From Deltaproteobacteria bacterium (GTDB taxonomy: Bacteria > Myxococcota > JACRCW01), in the NCBI GenBank assembly GCA_016218805.1, contig JACRCW010000110.1, positions 1 to 36,425 on the forward strand: 36,425 nt of DNA, written 5' to 3'. The number at the start of each line of letters is the position of its first letter. The first letter of the stretch is position 1. The translations under genes were made by a program, and so were the position numbers. The notes beneath the pieces are model-generated. The model was not told where the DNA came from and did no database searches. It saw only the letters and a list, made by a program, of their open reading frames with translations. Below, in pieces: positions 27,725 through 36,281 of this stretch.

Positions 27725-29317
27725 TCAGGACGGGCCGCGCCGGTCCTTGTTGGACAGCACCAGGAACCCGTCCTCCACGCCGCCGGGGCTGGTGGTGGGC
27801 ACCACGGGGGGCGTGGACACCGGCGGGGGCGCGGACAGCGGGGCCGCGGGGTCATGCACGTCACGCAGGAAGGCGTCCAGGTGCGGCGTGGGCCGCGCGG
27901 TGGCCACGGGGGGCCTGTGCCCGTGCAGCGCCACGCGGTGGACCATCCACAGCGCATTGGGGCAGCAATCACCGCCGGCCCCCTGCAGCTCCTGCGTATC
28001 ACCTTCATGCAGCCACCACAGGCGGTCCTCCAGCGCGGCGGTGGCGTGCGTGGTGATGAGCCCGCCCCCACACCAGGAACACCGCGGCGGCTGCGCCATG
28101 TGCAGCGCATCAAACACAAACGACAACGGCACGCTGGACATCATCAGCGGGATCATGTCCGGCCCCAGGGCATCCAGCAGCCGGCGGCGCGCGCCGTTGG
28201 GGTCCACGCGCAGCCCGGTCACAATGAGGCGGCAATGCGGACACCAGTGCGGCCGGACCTGCGCAAACAACGCCATCACGCCGGGCGGCACGCCCACCTC
28301 CAACGCGGCTTCCGGCATGGTGCAGCGGGCACAGCGGACGCGGATGGCGATGTTTTCGCGCCGCAGCTGGTCCGCCACCGCGTAGATGGCGGTCATGGCC
28401 TGGCGGCCGGACGGGGCCGGGATGGGCGCGGGGGCCCCCTGCAGGAGCGCGCCCTGCACCAGCGGAATGGGCTCCTCAATGACCGCGGAGGGTTCCTCCA
28501 CGTCAATCTCAAAGAGGTCATCCTCTTCCACAATGAGGTCATCCGCCGGCGTGGCTCCCTCAAACAGCGGCGCCATGGTGGGCGGCGCCACCGCGTCCGC
28601 GTGCGGGACCGGAGGCGGCGCGGCGGGCGGCGGCGCGGGCGGCGGCACCGTGCGCGGCCGCTGCCCCGTGCGCATGAACGCCCCAAACGCGTCCACCAGC
28701 TCCGGCGTGACCCCCGCAAACCGGATCTCCATGCGCTTGGGCCGGTCGTGTGACACGCCGGTGACCGTGCCGCGCAGCGTGAACTCCTCGGTGGTCTCCG
28801 GGTGCACCACCACCAGCATCACCGTGGCGCCCACCTCCCGCAGCACCGGTGTGTTCAGCGTGATGATGCCCTTGATGAGCTGCTCGGTATGGAACGCCTG
28901 CAGCCGGTCCATGTCCCGCGGCTTGACGTAGAAGGAGGACACGTCGGCGCGCGGGGCTTCGCCTTCATGGATGATCTTCTGGCCGTCCAGTTCCCCAATG
29001 AAGCGGTCCCACCGCGCCTTGGCGTCCTCCGCCAGCGTGAAGAACTGCAACCCCATCCCGCTGCCGTCCGGACCCTTGAGCACCTGGCGGCTCACAATGG
29101 CCGTGGCGCGGATGGGACCGTCCGGGAGGTGGATGTTCAGCATCAGGATCTGGCGGTCCCGCGGCGGCTCAGGGTGCGCCACGAACAATCCGTGCCGCCC
29201 CACGTCCACGCTCTGCAGCATGCGCGTGTGGCCGCCCTGGATGAGCTCCACCAGCAACATGCGCGGGTGGCGCTTGCTGCGGCGCAGGTCGTTGCGGGTT
29301 CGCCCCTCGGACACCAT
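27725..29317 (-). CDS. PilZ-domain protein (PilZ + degenerate PilZ-like + acidic/Pro linker + Cys-rich putative Zn-binding domain)
   Basis: GAGGA RBS then ATG 29317. RRSKR..DVGRHGLFV..GMGLQF, a second barrel ending MEIRF, and CARC, CPHC, CSWC, CCPN in the C-terminal part. Confidence 0.75.
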   Translation of the reverse strand: MVSEGRTRNDLRRSKRHPRMLLVELIQGGHTRMLQSVDVGRHGLFVAHPEPPRDRQILMLNIHLPDGPIRATAIVSRQVLKGPDGSGMGLQFFTLAEDAKARWDRFIGELDGQKIIHEGEAPRADVSSFYVKPRDMDRLQAFHTEQLIKGIITLNTPVLREVGATVMLVVVHPETTEEFTLRGTVTGVSHDRPKRMEIRFAGVTPELVDAFGAFMRTGQRPRTVPPPAPPPAAPPPVPHADAVAPPTMAPLFEGATPADDLIVEEDDLFEIDVEEPSAVIEEPIPLVQGALLQGAPAPIPAPSGRQAMTAIYAVADQLRRENIAIRVRCARCTMPEAALEVGVPPGVMALFAQVRPHWCPHCRLIVTGLRVDPNGARRRLLDALGPDMIPLMMSSVPLSFVFDALHMAQPPRCSWCGGGLITTHATAALEDRLWWLHEGDTQELQGAGGDCCPNALWMVHRVALHGHRPPVATARPTPHLDAFLRDVHDPAAPLSAPPPVSTPPVVPTTSPGGVEDGFLVLSNKDRRGPS

Positions 29318-29467
29318 GCGTTCCTCGACGTGCCCCCGGGGGGGCGTGCGCCTTGTGCCCCGCCCAGCCCCTCCCTGTAAAGACGCCCCGGGCCCCACGC
29401 GGCGCACCCGGACCCACCCCGGTGGCGCTTGCAGCCGGACGTGTCGGGCGTCACGTAGGGTCTCTGG

Positions 29468-30439
29468 ATGGTTGACCTCACCCGCCTGGCGCACGTGATT
29501 GCGCCCTCCCTGGTGGTGGTGGAGCTGCCTGGACGCGTCTGCGGCGCGTTCCTGGCGGCCCCGGGGCGCCTGGTCACGTGCGTGCACCCCCTGGCGGGAG
29601 ACGCCACCGCCACCCTCCGCCTCCCTGACGCCACGCAGTGGCACGTGGAGGACGTGCTGTGGATGGACCCCGCGCGTGACGTCATGGCGCTGCCGCTCCC
29701 CGGCGGACAGTGCACGCCGGTCACCTGGGCGGACGGCCGCGAAGTGGTCCACGAGGGCACCCAACTGTTCGCGGTGCAGGCGCCGGGGTCTGCGCAGTCC
29801 ATCACCGGGGTGAAGGTCCGGTCGCTGCATGAGGTGGGAGGCGAGCGCTGCGTGGCGGAGCTGGACCGTTCGCTCCCGGAGGGGGCCAGCGGTGGGCCGC
29901 TGCTGACGGCGGAGGGGCACGTGGTGGGCGTGGTGGCGGCGGGCCTGGGCGAAGGCGGGCCGCTGTCCCTGGCCGTGCCGCTGCACGCCGGCGACCTGTT
30001 GCTGGTGCGGCGCGAGCAGATGTCCCTGCAGCAGGCGTGGGCGCGTCTGGCGCAGCGCCTTCCACGGCGCGCGGTCCCCGAGCACCCGCTGGAGCTGCTG
30101 GACGGGTGTTCCGCACTGGGGCTGCGGTTCATCCAACGGGCGCTGACGGAGGCCATTGGGGTGGGCGCGCCGGCGTACAACCGCGGGGACTTTGAAGGGT
30201 GCTGGCGCGTGTACGCGGCGGTGGCGGAGAAGCTGGTGGAGCAGCGGGAGGACTGCCCGGGCGCGCAGCAGGCGCTGCGGGACGGCCTGGCCCACGCGCT
30301 GTGCCTGAACGACGACAACGCGCGCGCCTGGGCGATGCGCGACGCATTTGACGGGCTGCTCAAGGTCATTGACGCGTGGTTGGAGCAGGGGGGCGGCGGT
30401 GAGGGCGGTGGCGGGGATGACAAGACCTGGGTGAACTGA
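29468..30439 (+). CDS. Cytoplasmic trypsin-like (S1) peptidase with a C-terminal helical domain
   Basis: LVTCVH (His), DVMAL (Asp), EGASGGPLL..GHVVGV (Ser). C-domain AIGVGAPAYNRGDFEGCWRVY..AWAMRDAFD. No signal peptide. Confidence 0.75.
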   Translation: MVDLTRLAHVIAPSLVVVELPGRVCGAFLAAPGRLVTCVHPLAGDATATLRLPDATQWHVEDVLWMDPARDVMALPLPGGQCTPVTWADGREVVHEGTQLFAVQAPGSAQSITGVKVRSLHEVGGERCVAELDRSLPEGASGGPLLTAEGHVVGVVAAGLGEGGPLSLAVPLHAGDLLLVRREQMSLQQAWARLAQRLPRRAVPEHPLELLDGCSALGLRFIQRALTEAIGVGAPAYNRGDFEGCWRVYAAVAEKLVEQREDCPGAQQALRDGLAHALCLNDDNARAWAMRDAFDGLLKVIDAWLEQGGGGEGGGGDDKTWVN

Positions 30440-30674
30440 GCGTGCGTGTTGCAGAGGTGACGCCGTCACAACGGCCCACAATGTCAGACCGCAGCGGACG
30501 TACGCGGCGCCTCAAGGAGCCACACCATGAAGGGGGGGAAGTGCCCGACCTGTCGGGTGTGTGTTCCCGCGTGCAACTGAAGACGCGGCCTGAGTTCCAG
30601 TCGCGGGTGCAGGAAACCCAAGGACGAGCGAGCGGCCGTTGGTGGCGTTCAACCCAACGCGTTACGCTGCCGGC

Positions 30675-31242
30675 GTGGAATCCGTCCGGCCCGCCAATGT
30701 CCGTTACACGTACGCAGAGTACGAGTGCATCCCCACGGACGCGCGTCGATGGGAACTCATCGACGGGGACCTCTACGTGAACCCAGTACCGCTGACTTTC
30801 CACCAGGTGGTTTCGCGCCGGCTCCAGTACGCCCTGATGACGCAGTTGGAGCAGCCGGGCATTGCCGACACCTTCGACGCCCCTGTGGACGTCATCCTCT
30901 CCGATCATGACGTGGTCCAACCGGACCTGGTCATCATTGCCGCGGACCGCCGGAACATCGTCAGTCAACGCGGTATTGATGGGCGTCCCGACATTGTGGT
31001 GGAAATCCTCAGCCCGTCCAATCGCGCGCATGACCGGGTGCTCAAGCGCGCCACCTACGCGCCACGGCATCCCCGAGTTCTGGATCATCGACCCGGACAT
31101 TGGCCAGCTGGTGCAGCTGGAACTGGCATCCGCCGGCTACGCAGTGGCCGCGCTGCTGGACCGCGCCTCCACCCTCACCACCCCGCGCTTTCCCGCGGTC
31201 TCCGTGCCGCTGGGTCCCGTGTTCAAGCCGTACGGCGAATGA
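30675..31242 (+). pseudogene. Uma2/DUF820-family endonuclease, frameshifted near 31060
   Basis: YTYAEY..RWELIDG..P...HQ..VQPDL..PDIVVEILSPS..DRVLK..YA continues in another frame as RHGIPEFWIIDP..PRFP. Restoring 2 nt in TACGCGC|CACGGC gives YARHG. Confidence 0.88.
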
Positions 31243-31323
31243 GCAACGCCTCTCCGGTGAGGCCGGCCGGATGCTCCGGCGCCCAATGAGGACGGAGGCG
31301 GGTGACGCGCAATCACACAGAAC

Positions 31324-31430
31324 GCCTCCCGGCGCGCCTTTGGGTGTCCGACGCCCTGCGTTGCATACCCGCCGACGCGGCCTGGGGTGGGCAACGCGGC
31401 GCATTGGACACCTGCCGGCGGCCCGGAGGC
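31324..31430. other. Long nested imperfect hairpin (~107 nt)
   Basis: GCCTCC/GGAGGC, CGCC/GGCG, GGTGTCC/GGACACC, GCGTTGC/GCAACGC, ACCC/GGGT and GCCG/CGGC are all nested around 31376. Confidence 0.7.
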
Positions 31431-31577
31431 TGGGGAACGCAGTACGCCGTAGACCCGCCGGTGACCCATCTGGCCTACAGCGCACCACCGTGCGAACCGG
31501 AAGCGACGGCATGGTCAGCGCTTGACGTGCCTGCCGCCGCAGAGATGATTGGCACCGGAGGACAAGTGCAAGGGTAC

Positions 31578-32615
31578 ATGTCACGAGCGGGCGCAGGTGG
31601 CCTGGTGATGATGGTGGTTGTCGCGTCGGCAGCTGCGCGCTGCGATGCGCCGCCCGTACAGGTCGAAACGGGCTTGAAGTACCAGGTCGACCCGCAGAAC
31701 GGTCGCGCCTTCCTCGCGTCGCGCCGGGAACGGGCAAACGCCGTCATCGCTCGCGCCAAGGAGTGGCTCAGCAGGATTGACGTTGATCCCGTTGATTTGC
31801 GGCGCCGAGGCTTCAAGGGCAAGAAGCACTTCGTCGAGGCGCTTGACACGTACGCCTGGCAGTTACGGTTTGCCGATGTGCGCGAGCGTCCACACGTGCT
31901 GGCGCGTGCGCAGCCCCTGGTCAACCACGCGTCACGGCCCGAATACCACGACATGACCGGCAATCCAGAGGAAGCGTTCAGGCAAGACGCGACGTCGTAC
32001 CTCCGCGCGGCGTATCTCCTGGAAAAGTTGGGCGTGGATACAACGGCGTACCGCGCTGAGATGCACAAAGTGCTTCCGCGCCTGAACGCGCATCTTGGAA
32101 GTCGTGGCGTCCATCAACGCATGGCGTTTAGGTGGTACTACCGGCATTTTGGTTGGCCGTACCCTGCCAGCATGGAGGCGAAGGACACCGAGGGCGTCAT
32201 CGCCACGCGTCGATCGCCGTACGAGATGAAGGTGGGGGACGTGTACGACCTCACGCACGAGATCTTCGTGCCCTTCGATTTCGGTCACCAACCACAACTG
32301 AATCCGTTCTTCGATGAAGACCGCGCGTACCTGCTGCGCGCTCTCGTGCCCGTCACCGCCGTTCAAATCAGCAAGCGCAACTCGGACACGACGGCGGAGT
32401 TGGTGACCTGCCTTGCCCTGCTTCGCCTTACGCACCTGCCTGTTTTCGAGGATGCGGTGGATTTCCTGCTCAGCGCGCAGAACGCGGACGGTTCATTTGG
32501 GGACTACAGCCGCTACGAAGACAGTGACGGGGCGGCGACGCCGGTGACGCGGTATCTGCACAACGTCGTCGTGGTCCTCGACGCATTGCTGTTTGCATTT
32601 CAGGCGCCCCCCTGA
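31578..32615 (+). CDS. Secreted alpha-helical protein, DUF6895-like / prenyltransferase-repeat-like
   Basis: Start ATG 31578 with a hydrophobic signal. YDLTHEIF..FDFG, DTTAELV, FLLSAQNADGSFG, YLHNVVV. Atypical codon usage. Family call is by resemblance. Confidence 0.55.
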   Translation: MSRAGAGGLVMMVVVASAAARCDAPPVQVETGLKYQVDPQNGRAFLASRRERANAVIARAKEWLSRIDVDPVDLRRRGFKGKKHFVEALDTYAWQLRFADVRERPHVLARAQPLVNHASRPEYHDMTGNPEEAFRQDATSYLRAAYLLEKLGVDTTAYRAEMHKVLPRLNAHLGSRGVHQRMAFRWYYRHFGWPYPASMEAKDTEGVIATRRSPYEMKVGDVYDLTHEIFVPFDFGHQPQLNPFFDEDRAYLLRALVPVTAVQISKRNSDTTAELVTCLALLRLTHLPVFEDAVDFLLSAQNADGSFGDYSRYEDSDGAATPVTRYLHNVVVVLDALLFAFQAPP

Positions 32616-32785
32616 GGCGGACACGCTCGGAGTCAGATCAACGATGGCGATCTTGGAGTCGCTGCCACCGCCAGCCCGCGGCTCGTCCGCCCTGCTGGAC
32701 CCGTTGTGTCCGCCCAGACGCGCTCCGCCCCTTCCCCGTGCCGCCCCGCGTGGGCTAGGCCCGTGGCGCCACCCCCGGAGGACGG

Positions 32786-33631
32786 ATGCTGAACCCGCAG
32801 GAGCTGCTCATTGACGCCTGTGCCACGCGCCTGGAGCACAGCTACGCAAGGATGTACGGCGGGGCGGAGCCGCACGTGCCGCAGATCATCACCTGGGCGT
32901 GCCGCATGGCGCTGGAGACCATCTCCAACAGTGACGCGCTTTACCACGACGTGGAACACACGGTGATGGTCACGCTGGTGGGCCAGGAGATCCTGCGCGG
33001 GCGGCACCTGGCGGAGGGCGGCATCACGCCGCGGGACTGGCTGCACTTTTCGCTCAGCCTGCTGTGCCATGACATTGGCTACGTCCGTGGCATCTGCCGC
33101 GAGGACCAGGGCGGCCGCTTCAGCACCGGGCGCGCGGGCGAAACGGTGAGCGTCCCCGAGGGCGCCACCGACGCGGCCATGACGCCGTACCACGTGGACC
33201 GTGGCAAGCACTTCATCCGCGAGCGGTTCGGCGGGCACAAGCTCATTGATGCCGAGGAGATTGGGCGCAACATTGAACTGACGCGCTTTCCGGTTCCCAA
33301 GGACACCGACCACCAGGGCACGTTGGACCTGCCGGGGCTGGTGCGCGCTGCGGACCTGGTGGGGCAGCTGGCGGACCCGTCCTACCTGCGCAAGCTCCCG
33401 CGGCTGTTTGCGGAGTTCCAGGAGACCGGCGCCAACGACAAGCTGGGCTACCACACGCCGGCAGACCTGCGGCGCGGCTACGCGGGGTTCTTCTGGAACG
33501 TGGTGACGCCGTACATCCGGGATTCGCTGCGCTACCTGCAGCGCACCCACGAGGGGAAGCAGTGGATTGCCAGCCTGTACGCGCACGTGTTCGCGGTGGA
33601 GCACGAAGCGCCCCCGCACTCCCAGGCGTGA
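32786..33631 (+). CDS. HD-domain metal-dependent phosphohydrolase (Npun_R2479-like family)
   Basis: SDALYHDVEHT..VTLVGQEILRG, LLCHDIGYV, PYHVDRGK, IELTRFPVP, RAADLVGQL; GGAGG RBS. Confidence 0.85.
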   Translation: MLNPQELLIDACATRLEHSYARMYGGAEPHVPQIITWACRMALETISNSDALYHDVEHTVMVTLVGQEILRGRHLAEGGITPRDWLHFSLSLLCHDIGYVRGICREDQGGRFSTGRAGETVSVPEGATDAAMTPYHVDRGKHFIRERFGGHKLIDAEEIGRNIELTRFPVPKDTDHQGTLDLPGLVRAADLVGQLADPSYLRKLPRLFAEFQETGANDKLGYHTPADLRRGYAGFFWNVVTPYIRDSLRYLQRTHEGKQWIASLYAHVFAVEHEAPPHSQA

Positions 33632-33638
33632 GGCTCCC

Positions 33639-34415
33639 GTGAAGCTGGCCAGCCTGGATGACGGGACCCCGGACGGTTCGCTGCACGTGGTCAACCGTGC
33701 GCTCACCCGCGCCGCCAACGCCACGCGCGTGGCGCGCACCCTCCAGGCGGCCCTGGACGGCTGGGACACCGTGGGCCCGCGCCTGGCTGAGCTGGCTGCG
33801 CGCCTGGAGGAGGGCGCGGTGCGCGACGCGTTCCCATTGGACGTGGCGCGCACGCTGGCGCCGCTGCCGCGCGCCCACGCGCTGCTGCGCACGGATGCGC
33901 ACGGCGCGCTGTACCCGGCGTGTTCAGACTGGTTCCTGCCGCCCCACGCCCCGCCCCAACACGCGCCGGTGCTGTTGCGCGGCGCCCTTGCCGCCATCCT
34001 GCCGCACACCGCCCGCGGGACGGCCGCCTCCGCCGTGCACGTCCCGCTGCTGTGCCTGCTGGCGGATGTGGAGCTGGAAAAGCCCCACGGCCCGCTGGAC
34101 CGCTTCCCGCCCGCCGCCATGGGCCCGGTGGCCGTGTCCCCGGACGAGTTGGGAAGTCACTGGCAGCACGGCCGCGTGGACCTGCCGCTGGTGGTCACGC
34201 ACAACGGTGAGCCGGCGATCACGCCCTGCCCGGCGGTGGCGCACGCGGCACTGGTTGCCGCCGCCTGCCGCCGGCGCGCGGTGGCGCCGGGGACGTTGCT
34301 CTTGGGCCCCGCCGGGGAGGCGGTGCGCATCGGCCTGGGTGACACGGTGAAGGTGGAGGCGCTGGCCGGCGGACACAGCGTGTTCGGCGCGGTGGAACAG
34401 GGCGGCCCGCCCTGA
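33639..34415 (+). CDS. Fumarylacetoacetate hydrolase-family protein, degenerate
   Basis: GTG 33639: KLASLDDGTPDGSLHVVNR..TLQAALDGW, LAPLPRA, GPVAVSPDELG..W..GRVDLPL..NGE, GHSVFGAVEQ. Central catalytic region shortened and divergent. Confidence 0.75.
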   Translation: MKLASLDDGTPDGSLHVVNRALTRAANATRVARTLQAALDGWDTVGPRLAELAARLEEGAVRDAFPLDVARTLAPLPRAHALLRTDAHGALYPACSDWFLPPHAPPQHAPVLLRGALAAILPHTARGTAASAVHVPLLCLLADVELEKPHGPLDRFPPAAMGPVAVSPDELGSHWQHGRVDLPLVVTHNGEPAITPCPAVAHAALVAAACRRRAVAPGTLLLGPAGEAVRIGLGDTVKVEALAGGHSVFGAVEQGGPP

Positions 34416-34418
34416 GGC

Positions 34419-34880
34419 TCACAGGAAGCTGACGGCGAACATGGCCACGCCGCACGTCACCAGCGCGGCGCCCACCACCCCCAGGAACGCCGCGGCCACC
34501 GTCGTGGTGGACGTGAAGCCCTTGCGCTCGGTCGCATCTCCGGGGAACGGCAGCGCGCTGACATTGACGATGAGGAACGTCACCACGCCGGTGGACAGCG
34601 CCAGTCCCAGCGTCGCCAGCCCCACCCCAGCCACGAACAGGCCGGCGAGATGCTCCTTGAGATCGAACTTCCCCTTCTTGGCCGGCGCCAGTGCGGCCGC
34701 CGGAGCGGTTGTCTCCACGGGTGCGGGGGCCGCGGCGGGCAGGGCCGCAGGCTCGGGGGCGGCTGGCGGCGGGGCATCCGGGGAGGCGGCGGGCGGGGGC
34801 TGCGACGGGACCTGGGGGAGCGCCCCGTCGGGGCTCTGCACAGGCAGCAGCAACAGGAAGGCAAGCGAGGCGGCGGACAT
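34419..34880 (-). CDS. Small membrane protein with a signal-like N-terminus, Pro/Ala-rich linker and two C-terminal TM helices
   Basis: ATG 34880 MSAASLAFLLLLPVQ; PPPAA repeats; hydrophobic segments LAGLFVAGVG.. and AAAFLGVVGAAL.. Confidence 0.55.
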   Translation of the reverse strand: MSAASLAFLLLLPVQSPDGALPQVPSQPPPAASPDAPPPAAPEPAALPAAAPAPVETTAPAAALAPAKKGKFDLKEHLAGLFVAGVGLATLGLALSTGVVTFLIVNVSALPFPGDATERKGFTSTTTVAAAFLGVVGAALVTCGVAMFAVSFL

Positions 34881-34982
34881 GGCGGGCACGGTAACGCCGC
34901 CCCGCGGCGTCACGCAAAGCTGCCGTGCGGGTGGGATTCGGGAGGAGGTCACGCCGCACCATGCGTGACGTGCTATGAATGG

Positions 34983-35207
34983 CTCATCAACAACCTTGTG
35001 AGGAGGGATTGATGTTGCAGGTGATGCTGGTCCTTGTGGGTTGAGGCGCCGTCCGCGGCCCCGCCGACTTTGGGAGTGCGGTGCTTGGCACCGCGGTCCT
35101 GCTTGGCTGCGTGGACGCGCCTCCCGTTCTTGTCGCGCTGGCACCGCGCCGGACGCCATGACGGCGTCTTGCGCGGAGACCTGTCCACACGAGCACCAGG
35201 AAATCCC
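34983..35207 (+). promoter_or_regulatory. Putative ribosome-dependent attenuator leader of rsgA
   Basis: uORF plus stems 35045-35054/35113-35121, 35078-35084/35088-35094 and 35144-35157/35163-35176. TGGCACCGCG is duplicated (35086, 35139), allowing alternative pairing. Confidence 0.5.
35012..35044 (+). CDS. Putative leader peptide MLQVMLVLVG upstream of rsgA
   Basis: GAGGAGG (35000-35006) 5 nt before ATG 35012; 10 codons then TGA; structured sequence follows. Confidence 0.6.
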   Translation: MLQVMLVLVG

Positions 35208-36281
35208 ATGGACCTCCACCGTCTGGGCCTCACCCCGTTCTTCCAGGATGCATTTGAGAAACTGAATCAGCCGTCCCTGCAGCCCGCGCGCATCATTCGC
35301 GAGGACAAGGGCGCCTTCACCGTCGCCACCGCGGAGGGCATGACCCGCGCCATCCTCCGCGGTCGCCTGCGCCGGCTGCCGCCGCAGGAGCAACCCGCAA
35401 CCGGAGACTGGGTCGCCGTGCTGCCGCTATCCGGCGAGGACAAGGTGGTCATTGAGGCGGTTCTTCCCCGTCGCACCGTCTTCATGCGCAAGCGCGCGGG
35501 CGAGGTGACGGAAGCGCAGGTGGTGGCCGCCAACGTGGACACCGTGCTGCTGGTCATGGGCCTGGACGAGGACTTCAACGTCCGCCGCCTGGAACGCTAC
35601 CTGGCGCTGGCCCGCGACAGCGGCGCCACACCGGTGGTGGTGCTCAACAAGCTGGACGTGGCACCCGCGTTGGACTCCCAGCTTTCCGCAGTGGGTGACG
35701 TCGTCGGCAACACGCCGGTGGTCGCACTGAGCGCGGCGTTCGGCATCGGGCTCGACGGGCTCGCGCCCTACCTCACCGCCGGCAACACGCTCGCGCTGCT
35801 CGGCTCGTCCGGAGTGGGCAAGAGCACCATCATCAACGCGCTGCTTGGTGAGGCCCGCCTGGACACAAAAGCGGTGCGCGCGTCTGACGGGCGCGGCCAA
35901 CACACCACGACGTTCCGGGACATGGTGCTGCTCCCCGGCGGCGGCGCGGTGATGGACACGCCGGGCATGCGTGAGCTGCAATTGTGGGGCGATGAAGCCA
36001 CCGTGGACGGCTCGTTTCCCGACGTGATGGCGCTGGTGGCGGCGTGCCGCTTTGTGGACTGCCGGCACGGGAGCGAGCCGGGTTGCGCCGTGCGTCAGGC
36101 GCTGGAGAGCGGTGCGCTGGATGCGGACCGCCTGGCCAGCTGGCGGCGCCTGCACGACGAGGTGGTGCAGCTTGGCCTGCGCCTGGAGGAGCGGCACGCG
36201 CGGCAACGCGTGGAGGACAAGCGCATAGGCAAGCTGCGCAAGGAGTTGGTGTTGAAACCGAGCAAGCGACGTTGGGAGTGA
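35208..36281 (+). CDS. rsgA: Ribosome small subunit-dependent GTPase A
   Basis: Start ATG 35208. OB-fold PATGDWV, AANVD, RRLERYL, LNKLD, GSSGVGKST, GRGQHTTT, DTPGMREL, Zn finger CRFVDCRHGSEPGC. Confidence 0.95.
   Translation: MDLHRLGLTPFFQDAFEKLNQPSLQPARIIREDKGAFTVATAEGMTRAILRGRLRRLPPQEQPATGDWVAVLPLSGEDKVVIEAVLPRRTVFMRKRAGEVTEAQVVAANVDTVLLVMGLDEDFNVRRLERYLALARDSGATPVVVLNKLDVAPALDSQLSAVGDVVGNTPVVALSAAFGIGLDGLAPYLTAGNTLALLGSSGVGKSTIINALLGEARLDTKAVRASDGRGQHTTTFRDMVLLPGGGAVMDTPGMRELQLWGDEATVDGSFPDVMALVAACRFVDCRHGSEPGCAVRQALESGALDADRLASWRRLHDEVVQLGLRLEERHARQRVEDKRIGKLRKELVLKPSKRRWE

Noticed and set aside
27487..28056. Heptad-repeat peptide ORFs (RNSAGGL / PESPRAV)
   Set aside because: Translations of the 21-bp minisatellite. 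A 20-bp unit breaks the phase, and the ORFs overlap real genes.
29318..30481. N-terminal 388 aa of the 918-aa minus-strand ORF
   Set aside because: Antisense to the trypsin-like gene; the RBS and PilZ motif place the start at 29317.
30630..30670. Integron attC-like end (GTTCAAC..GTTACGC)
   Set aside because: Does not fit GTTRRRY, no complementary RYYYAAC upstream, and no integrase in the window.
31302..31577. N-terminal extension of the 437-aa ORF
   Set aside because: Runs through the long hairpin; the signal-peptide-like start at ATG 31578 is more plausible.
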